Source of the DNA: Armatimonadota bacterium
GTDB lineage: Bacteria; Armatimonadota; Zipacnadia; Zipacnadales; UBA5352
Assembly (NCBI GenBank): GCA_034722055.1
Contig: JAYENL010000196.1
Span: forward strand, 1-29,766
Direction: 5' to 3'
DNA length: 29,766 bases
Below are positions 1-7,399 of the stretch, piece by piece (position 1 is the first letter of the stretch; each line of letters starts with the position of its first letter). The notes below the pieces were generated by a model. The model did not search any database, was not told the origin of the DNA, and saw nothing but the letters and a program-made list of their open reading frames with translations. The position numbers were made by a program, and so were the translations under genes.

Positions 1-19
1 CGGCAATCGCGGAACGGCT

Positions 20-100
20 GGACGCATCTGAAGATGCGTCCCTCCGAACCGAACGGCGTCGGCCGTTGTCGTGCGGAGGGGCGGGCTTCCCTGCCCGCCC
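20..100. repeat. Inverted pair of GGAG-type REP-like hairpins
   Basis: 20-45 on minus strand: GGAG+GGACGCATC-TTCA-GATGCGTCC. 75-100 on plus strand: GGAG+GGGCGGGC-TTCCCT-GCCCGCCC. Both are perfect stems preceded by a tetranucleotide, with AACGGC-rich linkers as at 5260-5350 and 13151-13240. Confidence 0.7.
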
Positions 101-160
101 GGCCGTTTGTCGTGCGTCGTTCGGAGCCGTCGGCCGTATGCCGTTGCCGTGGATGCCGTA

Positions 161-196
161 CGCTTGTAGCTTGCAGCGTGCGGCCTGCAGCTCCCG
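161..196 (-). repeat. Degenerate 7-bp tandem array (CTGCAAG-like)
   Basis: Reverse complement CGGGAG-CTGCAGG-CCGCACG-CTGCAAG-CTACAAG-CG; related to 2404-2438 and 13295-13330. Confidence 0.6.
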
Positions 197-198
197 AC

Positions 199-1368
199 TC
201 AGTCGTCGGCAAGCCCCTCGAAGCGGAAGTCCTCCGTGATCTCGACCGCGTCGGTAGAGTAGGGCCAGCCGAGCAGCTCGCTGAAGAGCTTCCGCTGGTC
301 GGCGGCGTAGTCGATCAGCCAGTTGATGCCCGTCATGTCGCTCCAGGGGACCTTCCTGATCTGCCCCGCCGAGGCGTAGGCGCCATCGATCAGCAGCGTG
401 GCCTTCACGGCCTCAGAGGCCGGGGCGTGCAGCGTGCTCTCCTCGCCGCGGATACAGCGGATGAGGTTCTTGTGGATCTCATCGCGGTCGGTGGGCTGCT
501 CGAAGACCATAGGCTCCTCGGCGCCGTCGAGCCACACGGTGGCCCTGCCGGTCTCCCAGCTTGCGCGGCCCTTGGTGCCGTAGATGTCGAGGGCGGTGCG
601 GAAGGGCTCGTGGCAGTTGGTGGTGCAGTAGAAGTGCAGCGTGGCCTCGCCGAGGTTAGCGCGGATGGCCGCCAGGTCCTCCACCTCGATATTGGGGTGG
701 GCCTGATACAGCTCGGCCTGGACCGCAAGCGGACTGGCGTGGTCCTCCACCCGCGAGCCCATCTGCAGCGCGGTGTTGATCAGATGCACCGCCTGGTTCA
801 TCATCACGCCGTCGAAGACCGGCAGGTCATCGGCGTAGCGCTTGCCGGTCCAGTGCCCGCGGTCGTAGTAGGCGTCGGTGCGCTTCCACTCCATGACCCC
901 CACGACCTCTCGCAGCTCCCCGAGCTCCCCGCCGGCGATGAAGTCCTTGAGCCGGTGGGAGTGGGGGAAGGAGGTGTACTGGAAGTCAACCTGCACGAAG
1001 AGCCCGGTCTCCTCGGCGAGGCGAACCACATCCCAGCCGTCCTGGGCCAGGACCGTGAGCGGCTTCTCGCACAGGACGTGGATGCCGCGGTTGAGGCACT
1101 CGATGGTGTAGGGCGCGTGCCAGTGATGGGGGACGGCCAGCGTCACGTAGTCGAGGTCATCGGCCACGTCGTCGAGCATGTCGGCAATGTCGTCGTAGAG
1201 CGGGACGCCCCACTCTTGGACCTCTTCGACGTGCTCGGCGACCTTCTCGCGCTGAGGGTACTTCTCGGCCGCTGCGATGAGCTCCACGTCTTCGAGCTGG
1301 TGCATGATGGTCCGGTGATACCGCCCGATGCCGGAGACTCCGACGACGGCGGCCTTGAGCGTGTCCAC
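199..1368 (-). CDS. Gfo/Idh/MocA family NAD(P)-dependent oxidoreductase
   Basis: N-terminal Rossmann motif AAVVGVSGIG, HVLCEKP motif, NQAVHLIN. GTG start at 1368 chosen for the GGAGGTGG RBS; in frame with ORF 199..1503. Confidence 0.9.
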   Translation of the reverse strand: MDTLKAAVVGVSGIGRYHRTIMHQLEDVELIAAAEKYPQREKVAEHVEEVQEWGVPLYDDIADMLDDVADDLDYVTLAVPHHWHAPYTIECLNRGIHVLCEKPLTVLAQDGWDVVRLAEETGLFVQVDFQYTSFPHSHRLKDFIAGGELGELREVVGVMEWKRTDAYYDRGHWTGKRYADDLPVFDGVMMNQAVHLINTALQMGSRVEDHASPLAVQAELYQAHPNIEVEDLAAIRANLGEATLHFYCTTNCHEPFRTALDIYGTKGRASWETGRATVWLDGAEEPMVFEQPTDRDEIHKNLIRCIRGEESTLHAPASEAVKATLLIDGAYASAGQIRKVPWSDMTGINWLIDYAADQRKLFSELLGWPYSTDAVEITEDFRFEGLADD

Positions 1369-1539
1369 GGTGCGTCCACCTCCGATGGTGCGGTAGCAGC
1401 TATCGTGAGCCGGGCAGCCCGGCCTGGCGACGGTGAGGTCTTCGACGGACCGGCGGGGATGTCCTTCGGGGCAGGGCGACGTGGTCCAGTGGCGGAGGAT
1501 CACTGGGGCCTCGGGAGGTCTTCCGCATACTGTGCGCGG

Positions 1540-2331
1540 CTACTGGGCCTGTGCGGCCTGGAGCTTGTCCTGGAGAACCGTGGGCATGGCCTCGTGCAGG
1601 AAGAGGTTGACGATCATCCGGTCGGCCTCCTCGTGAGAGGGCCGGAACAGCTCCATGAGCTTCCCTCGCAGCGCCTCCCCCTCCCGGCGGTATTGCTCGG
1701 CATCCATGGCGCGCGCCAGCGACAGCAGCTCCAGGATCTCGTCCTCGCTCAGGTCGCCCTCCCGGCCGGTGAGCTGGCTGGCGACGTAGGCCGGCACCTG
1801 GCTCTCGAAGGCCTCGTCATCCAGCTCCCGGACCCACTCGATCAGCTCCACGACCTGCCGGCGCGCCTCCTCCTCACCGGTGACGATGGCGATCTGGGCG
1901 TCGGAGAGGATCTCGCGGAAGACGCTTGCGTGCGCCGTCAGGCTCTCATCGGCGCGGCGGTCCAGCTCGGCGAGCTCGGTGTCGAGTGCCTCGATGTGAG
2001 CCGGCAGCTCCTCGGGCGGATGCTCGTCGCGAATCAGCAGCTCACGCTTGCGCTGCAACAGGGGCTTGAGCCGGCGGAGGATGTTGAGGCGCTGCTGCTC
2101 CAGAGCGATGGCGGCCCCCTGCACCTCGCTGGTGGCGGGAATGAGGCTCTGGATCTGCTCCGTGGTGAGCTGGAGTGTGTTCAGGTCCTCAATGAGCTGG
2201 TTCTCAGCCGCGAGGGCGTCAAGCTCATCGCCCAGCTTGCGCAGCTCTGGCGAGAGCTGGGCGCGGGCGCAGGTGGCGACCAGCGCGGCGGCGAGGCCGA
2301 GGCAGGCGGCGAGCAGGGCGGTGGTGCGCAT
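1540..2331 (-). CDS. Secreted all-helical protein with Spy/CpxP-like LTxxQ motifs
   Basis: Signal peptide MRTTALLAACLGLAAALVATCARA after a GGAGGAG RBS; motifs LQLTTEQ and ILSDAQ flank a helical segment. The family assignment is tentative. Confidence 0.7.
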   Translation of the reverse strand: MRTTALLAACLGLAAALVATCARAQLSPELRKLGDELDALAAENQLIEDLNTLQLTTEQIQSLIPATSEVQGAAIALEQQRLNILRRLKPLLQRKRELLIRDEHPPEELPAHIEALDTELAELDRRADESLTAHASVFREILSDAQIAIVTGEEEARRQVVELIEWVRELDDEAFESQVPAYVASQLTGREGDLSEDEILELLSLARAMDAEQYRREGEALRGKLMELFRPSHEEADRMIVNLFLHEAMPTVLQDKLQAAQAQ

Positions 2332-2370
2332 GGAGACTCCTCCGGGGCGTAGCCAATGGCGATTGCTGCG

Positions 2371-2399
2371 ATTGTACACCGCCCATCAGGGGCGGTCAA
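2371..2399 (-). promoter_or_regulatory. sigma70-type promoter for the 1540-2331 gene
   Basis: Minus strand TTGACC-17 bp-TACAAT, about 40 bp above the start codon. Confidence 0.7.
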
Positions 2400-2403
2400 G
2401 CAG

Positions 2404-2438
2404 CGGGAGCTGCAAGCCGCAAGCCACAAGCTGCAAGC
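2404..2438 (+). repeat. Degenerate 7-bp tandem array
   Basis: CGGGAG-CTGCAAG-CCGCAAG-CCACAAG-CTGCAAG-C. Confidence 0.65.
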
Positions 2439-2509
2439 ACTGCGACGGTCACCTCGTGGCATGGCGCTGGGCGCACGAGAGTCGCCTGTCACCCAGGCGA
2501 GGATGTTGC

Positions 2510-2686
2510 GCGCGGGCGGGGGCGCCCGCGCCCCAGGAGAGGTATCCATGCTTAGGAACCCGGCCCCTCGCTGGCCCATTCCGTGCTTGGGAAGCCGGCG
2601 CCCTCGCCGGCTTGTGGCGCGCAGCGCCACTCACTTGCCGGGGCACCTGGTCGAAGGCCGCGCGGGCGGGGCGCCCGGGCCCCCAA
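2510..2686. repeat. Cluster of (C)TGGG-type REP-like hairpins (composite unit B, copy 1)
   Basis: GCGCGGGCG-GGGG-CGCCCGCGC-CCCAG (2510-2536); TGGG-AAGCCGGCG-CCCT-CGCCGGCTT followed by GTGGCGC-GCA-GCGCCAC (2588-2630); inverted partner at about 2660-2685. Positions 2592-2631 are identical to 12990-13029. Confidence 0.75.
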
Positions 2687-2720
2687 TGGTTACTTGGGAT
2701 AAGCAGGCACTACGTGGGGC

Positions 2721-4889
2721 TCAGGAGGTGCTGTCGGTGGGAGGTCGGTGGAAGGCGATGTAGCCGTCGAGGATCTCGGTGGTGCCCAGGCGGCCGCCGA
2801 GGTTGGACAGCAGCATCAGGCGCCGGCCCTGGCGCACCGCGATGCCGATGTGCTGGGAGCCGCGCGCGCCCCACGTAAAGGGCCACACCAGGATGTCGCC
2901 GGGCCGGGGCAGCCCGTCGTCGCGTGCCACGTATCCCATCCGCGGCAGGCGGTAGGCCCACTGGTGCGCGTCACCGAGGCCCCAGCCGAGGGCCTGGCGC
3001 ATGGTCAGGGCGCAGAGGTTGGGGCGGTGGCTGACCCGCCCCTCGATCATGGCCTGAACCGCGTCGCGGATCTCGCCCTCAGCGGGGTAGGTGAGTGTAG
3101 TGTCATCATCGAGGACCGTCGTGGTCATGCCGTCCACGTAGGAGGCGCGCCACTGCTCCAGGGCCGCCAGCCGCCGCGCATGGGGGCCGTCCTCGGCCTC
3201 CGGTGAGGCGAAGCGAGGCAGCGACTCCAGCCGCAGCCGGCCGGTGAACCGGTCGCGAGCCGGCACCCCGGGCTCGGTGACGCGAGCGGCCCACGCGCCG
3301 CCGGGCCCGACGGTGGGGAACATCTCCTGCAGGCGCAGCGCACTGGTGGCGAACTTCGAGGGCCCGCGGGCGGGCTGCACGGTGTCGGAGGCGATCTTCT
3401 CCTCGCCGACCCCCGCCTGCAGGGTCATCCACCGCAGCGCCAGGTAGGGATCATCGCGGAAGGGACCGGACTGAGAGATGACCAGCAGGCCAACCTCCAC
3501 GTCTTCGGTCTCCGGCAGCGGGCGCAGCGATGCCACCCAGCCCTCGAAGACGGCCTCGGGGTAGTCCTCAAAGGTGAGCGTCACCGAGCGGCCGGGCCGG
3601 AAGGCCGCCAGGTCGTCGGGGGTCACGCGCGCGGTCAGGCTGGCGAGCTGCAGGTTCGCCACTCGCAGGAGCTCGTCGCCGGCCTCCACGAGCGTCCCCT
3701 CAGGCGCGACCGCCTCGGTGACCATGCCCGGCGCGTCTGCGGTCAGCTCCTCCCACCGCGGAGCCGCTATCTCATGGACCTCCTGCACCATGGGATAGCC
3801 GCCGGGCCGGTCAGTTTCCGGCTCGTCCTCGCGCGGCGCCTCCCGGAGGGCGATCTCGGGCGGGGCCTCCCGCTCCCGCTGGGCGGGGGCCGTCCCTCGC
3901 GGGGCCGAGCGCGCGGCCCGCTCGCGACTGCGGGCCTCCGCGAGCCTGGCGCGTCGCTCCCTCTCCCGGCGGATGGCCTCGTGTGCCTCAGCGGCCTCGT
4001 TCTCCAGCTCCTGGATCCGGGCGGCAATGCGGTCGTAGCCCTGCTGCGCCTCCAGCAGGGCCTTCTCGGCGCGGCTGAAGGCCGTCTGGGCCTTCTCCAC
4101 GCGCTCGCGCGCGGGCTTCACCGCCTTCTCGGCAAGCACCCCGTCGCCGGCGAGCTTGAGGCGCTGGTCAAGCTCCTCCCGGGCAGCCTCAAGCTCGTCG
4201 AAGGTGCTGCGGACCTCCGTCATCGCGGCGCTGACGACCTGCGCCACCATCTCCGCCTCCTGGCGCAGCGCCTCCTGCTCCCGCTGGTTGGCCTCCAGGT
4301 CGAAGTCCACGGTCTCCCGAATGTCCGGTGGCGCGTTGGGGGCCGTATGGGGAGGCACAGGTGCCTCCGGAGAGGCCGGCGCCGCGCGCTCGACCGGCGG
4401 CGGCTCAGCCAGCGCCGGCTGCTCGTCAGCGGTGCTGGTCTGCGGCTCCCCCGGGCGTGGCTCGCAGGCGATAGTCAGCGGCGAGACGTCGGCGGTGGCC
4501 ATGAGTTGCTGCGCGCGCTCGATGTCGGAGAGCAGCTCGGGGTCATAGACGCGTGCCAGGGGCGCGCCACGCCGGAACAGGCCGTGGGGCGGGAAGACGT
4601 ACTCCACGATACCGCGCCACAGGGAGGTCAGGGTGTATGAGAGCGTGTGGCGGCTGGCGCGGCGCATGAGCCTCTGCTGGTCAGCCTGGCAGGGGCCGAG
4701 GCGAATCTCGGCGCGTGGGGTGAGCATGCGGTCAAGCAGATCATCGGCGGGAGAGCCAGTCTGCACAGGTGGCACTTCATTCCGAACGGGCTGAGGGGAG
4801 GCGGCGTGACATGTCGTCGCTGCCAGGCTGAGGCAGGCGGCGCACGCCACGACTCGCAGGGTCGCTTGTGTGATGGAGTGCTGCATCAT
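2721..4889 (-). CDS. Exported HlyD-like membrane fusion/adaptor protein with long coiled coil and C-terminal CHAP/NlpC-P60-like domain
   Basis: Signal-like N-terminus; split lipoyl-like halves (LTSLWRGIVEYV..GAPLARVYDPEL and LTADAPGMVTEAVAPEGTLVEAGDELLRV); beta-barrel segment GRSVTLTFEDYPEAVFEGWV; C-terminal NLCALTMRQALG..GDAHQW..PRPGDILVW..QHIGI. Confidence 0.75.
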   Translation of the reverse strand: MMQHSITQATLRVVACAACLSLAATTCHAASPQPVRNEVPPVQTGSPADDLLDRMLTPRAEIRLGPCQADQQRLMRRASRHTLSYTLTSLWRGIVEYVFPPHGLFRRGAPLARVYDPELLSDIERAQQLMATADVSPLTIACEPRPGEPQTSTADEQPALAEPPPVERAAPASPEAPVPPHTAPNAPPDIRETVDFDLEANQREQEALRQEAEMVAQVVSAAMTEVRSTFDELEAAREELDQRLKLAGDGVLAEKAVKPARERVEKAQTAFSRAEKALLEAQQGYDRIAARIQELENEAAEAHEAIRRERERRARLAEARSRERAARSAPRGTAPAQREREAPPEIALREAPREDEPETDRPGGYPMVQEVHEIAAPRWEELTADAPGMVTEAVAPEGTLVEAGDELLRVANLQLASLTARVTPDDLAAFRPGRSVTLTFEDYPEAVFEGWVASLRPLPETEDVEVGLLVISQSGPFRDDPYLALRWMTLQAGVGEEKIASDTVQPARGPSKFATSALRLQEMFPTVGPGGAWAARVTEPGVPARDRFTGRLRLESLPRFASPEAEDGPHARRLAALEQWRASYVDGMTTTVLDDDTTLTYPAEGEIRDAVQAMIEGRVSHRPNLCALTMRQALGWGLGDAHQWAYRLPRMGYVARDDGLPRPGDILVWPFTWGARGSQHIGIAVRQGRRLMLLSNLGGRLGTTEILDGYIAFHRPPTDSTS

Positions 4890-4948
4890 CCGCGAGTTTG
4901 GACACGTCCAGACCGGAAAAGGTTCACTCGTGCGACACTTCGCGAGTA

Positions 4949-4977
4949 ATAATACCCGTCCGGGCCGCTCAGGTCAA
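4949..4977 (-). promoter_or_regulatory. sigma70-type promoter for the MFP-CHAP gene
   Basis: Minus strand TTGACC-17 bp-TATTAT, 60 bp above the ATG. Confidence 0.7.
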
Positions 4978-5056
4978 GCTCGTTGCGAGGTGGGATGGGC
5001 ATGCGTGCTGTGGATTGAACGCGCGTTCGGGCGGTATCCGCGCTCCAGAGAGACAC

Positions 5057-5420
5057 GTGGGGCGGGGTTCCAGCCGGCCATCGCCCGGAGGGCGATTGTC
5101 GTTGGAGCGCGCCCTCGACAGCACGGCAACAGATGCGGACTCATCGGAGGAGGATGCGCGCCCGGGTGCCGCATATCACAGCAATCATCCCGTAGGACAC
5201 AGCGTGTCGCCCCAATCCTTGCGTAGGTCGGGCCTCCAGCCCGACAACCACAGACGACGGACGGACAGGAGTGTCCGTCCCACGGAACGGCAGACGGCAG
5301 CGGCTCACGCCAAACGGCCCGCCGGGTCCGAAGACGCCCCCCGCTCCGGATGAGGGCGCCAGTCAGTGCCCCTGTCCGGAGCCCAGATCAGTGCTGGGGC
5401 GCGGGCGCCCTCGCCCGCGC
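5057..5420. repeat. Mixed REP-like hairpin cluster (GTAG/GTGG/GGAG/CTGGG types), including composite unit C copy 1 (5260-5350)
   Basis: GTAG-GTCGGGC-CTCCA-GCCCGAC (5223-5245); minus-strand GTGG-GACGGACA-CTCC-TGTCCGTC (5260-5283); CTGGG-GCGCGGGCG-CCCT-CGCCCGCGC (5394-5420); degenerate copies at 5057, 5192 and 5320. Confidence 0.7.
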
Positions 5421-5452
5421 GTTCTACCGACTGGAATTCGCGAGGTGGCCTT

Positions 5453-5703
5453 GGCAGCACCCAGATTCATGTGCCTGTCCTCTGTACTGACGCCGCCGAT
5501 GCCCGCGGAGGGGCCGCCTGAGGAGCGCATGCCCTTTATGCGCGACGAAGCCGGCCCGCGACCCCACGAGACAGAACGGCCGGGCCGGCTTCGGCTCCAG
5601 CAAACCACGCTGGAGCCTCAGGCGGCCCCTCCCCTCCTACCACCGGCATTCCGACAGTCCGCTCCCCGGCCCTCGCGCTGGGCACACGAATCTGGATGCT
5701 GCA
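5453..5703 (+). mobile_element. MITE copy 1 (251 bp) with perfect 9-bp TSD GGTGGCCTT
   Basis: Ends GGCAGCACCCAGATTCATGTGCC ... GGCACACGAATCTGGATGCTGCA (imperfect TIRs); GGTGGCCTT at 5444-5452 and 5704-5712; homologous to 21871-22146 and 27268-27499. Confidence 0.92.
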
Positions 5704-5720
5704 GGTGGCCTTCGGTCGGG

Positions 5721-5750
5721 TTGCGCAGCGCCGGGAGGCGGTGCTATAAT
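5721..5750 (+). promoter_or_regulatory. Extended -10 sigma70 promoter for yebC
   Basis: TTGCGC (5721-5726), 18-bp spacer ending in TGC, TATAAT (5745-5750). Confidence 0.8.
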
Positions 5751-5792
5751 CAAGACCCGAACGCAACCCCCCGATGCGGAGGAGTGGCTGCG

Positions 5793-6557
5793 TTGGCAGG
5801 GCACTCAAAGTGGGCGAATCGGGTCCACCGCAAGACGCGACAGGATGCCAAGCGCTCGAAGATCTTCTCCAAGTACTCCCGCGCCATCATGGTGGCGGCG
5901 CGGGAGGGCGGCGGCAACCCCGACCACAATCCGAGCCTGCGGTCGCTGATCGACCAGGCCTCGGACGCGGAGATGCCCAAGGACAACATCGAGTACGCCA
6001 TCAAGCGCGGGCTGGGCGAGGTGGAGGGGGTCGAGTTCGAGGCCGTCCGCTATGAGGGCTACGGCCCGGGCGGCGTGGCGATGCTCATCGAGTGCGTCAC
6101 CGATAACAACCAGCGCACGGTGGCCGAGGTGCGGAACGTGATGAGCAAGCGCGACGGGAAGCTCAGCGGCGCCGGCACCGTCACCTGGCTGTTCGAGCAG
6201 AAGGGCGTCATCACAATTCCCCGATCCGGGTCCGACTATGATACCGTGTTTCTGACCGCGGCCGACGCCGGCGCGGAGGACATCGTGGACGAGGATGAGG
6301 AGTACTGGGAGGTCCGCACCGCCATGGAGGACTTCCACACCGTCCGCGAGGCTCTCAAGGAGGAGGGGCTGCCCATCGAGCGGGCTGAGCTGTCGATGAT
6401 TCCCACCAGCACGGTCGAGGTCCCCGAGAAGGAGGTCAACAAGCTCCTGGGCCTGCTGGAGGACCTGGAGGACCACGACGACGTTCAGCATGTCTACGCG
6501 AACTTCGAGGTCTCCGACGAGGCTCTGGAGGCCTACGAGGCGGCGCACGCCGACTGA
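5793..6557 (+). CDS. yebC: YebC/PmpR family protein
   Basis: (M)AGHSKWAN, YEGYGPGGVA, TDNNQRT, LEDHDDVQHVYAN; TTG start after a GGAGGAG RBS. Confidence 0.96.
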   Translation: MAGHSKWANRVHRKTRQDAKRSKIFSKYSRAIMVAAREGGGNPDHNPSLRSLIDQASDAEMPKDNIEYAIKRGLGEVEGVEFEAVRYEGYGPGGVAMLIECVTDNNQRTVAEVRNVMSKRDGKLSGAGTVTWLFEQKGVITIPRSGSDYDTVFLTAADAGAEDIVDEDEEYWEVRTAMEDFHTVREALKEEGLPIERAELSMIPTSTVEVPEKEVNKLLGLLEDLEDHDDVQHVYANFEVSDEALEAYEAAHAD

Positions 6558-6600
6558 CAGCCGCACCCCCTGCCGACACGCTGCGATCCGAGGTGCCCTC

Positions 6601-7383
6601 GTGTCCGAGATACGTGACTGGAAGCTGTTCGAGACCAACCTGGGCCGCGCCGAGCAGATCCCCTATGAGGTGGCGGTGTTGCCCATCGGCGCCATGGAGG
6701 CGCACAACCTCCACCTTCCGTACGGCACCGACAGCTACGAGGTGGAGGCCATCGCCGACCGGGCCTGCGCTCGAGCCTGGCAGCAGGGCGCCGAGGTGCT
6801 GCTGCTGCCCACCATCCCGGTGGGCGTGAATGAGAACACCCTGGGCTTCCCCTGGACGCTGAGCTTCAAGCCCACCACCATCCTGCAGATCATGCGCGAT
6901 ATCGTCTCCTCTCTGGAGCACCATCGTCTCCTCAAGCTCCTGGTGCTCAACGGCCACGGGGGCAATGAGCTGAAGCCCTTCCTGCGCGAGCTGTTCCGCG
7001 AGAGCGAGGTGCAGATGGTGCTGGTGGACTGGTGGACGGTAGACCCGGAGGGCTTCGAGACCATCTTCGACAAGCCCGGCGAGCACGCCGGTGAGATGGA
7101 GACCTCCCTGATGCTGCACCTCCGCCCGGACCTGGTGGAGATGGAGCGGGCAGACGAGGGCAGGACCCGCGAGGCGCACTTCACGGGGATGAGGGAGGGC
7201 TGGGCGTGGATCGCGCGGCCCTGGGACAAGCTCACCCATCACAGCGGCGTTGGCGACCCCTCAGCGGCGACGGCCGAGAAGGGAGAGCAGTTCGTGGAGC
7301 GGTGCGTGACGAGGATCGCCCAGCTCATCGTGGAGATGGCCGAGGAGCCCATGGACGACTGGTACCCCTACGAGGCGGATTAG
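6601..7383 (+). CDS. Creatininase / creatinine amidohydrolase family protein
   Basis: PIGAMEAHNLHLPYGTD, LNGHGGN and HAGEMETS metal-binding motifs; GTG start after GAGGTG. Confidence 0.92.
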   Translation: MSEIRDWKLFETNLGRAEQIPYEVAVLPIGAMEAHNLHLPYGTDSYEVEAIADRACARAWQQGAEVLLLPTIPVGVNENTLGFPWTLSFKPTTILQIMRDIVSSLEHHRLLKLLVLNGHGGNELKPFLRELFRESEVQMVLVDWWTVDPEGFETIFDKPGEHAGEMETSLMLHLRPDLVEMERADEGRTREAHFTGMREGWAWIARPWDKLTHHSGVGDPSAATAEKGEQFVERCVTRIAQLIVEMAEEPMDDWYPYEAD

Positions 7384-7399
7384 CCTCCGCGCCGACCGA

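Noticed and set aside
34..2352. 772-aa plus-strand ORF, and similar long ORFs such as 7796..9961, 11341..12807 and 15470..16834
   Set aside because: Antisense shadows of well-supported minus-strand genes, expected at high GC; no recognisable motifs.
5223..5420. Hairpin series as a CRISPR array
   Set aside because: The repeats are not identical, spacing is irregular and no cas genes are present; they fit REP-like elements.
5271..5792. 174-aa N-terminal extension of YebC in the ORF track
   Set aside because: Runs through REP hairpins, the MITE and the promoter; family homology and the RBS start at TTG 5793.
6601..7383. Mycofactocin peptidase MftE / RiPP locus
   Set aside because: Generic creatininase-family motifs only; no precursor peptide or radical SAM gene nearby.
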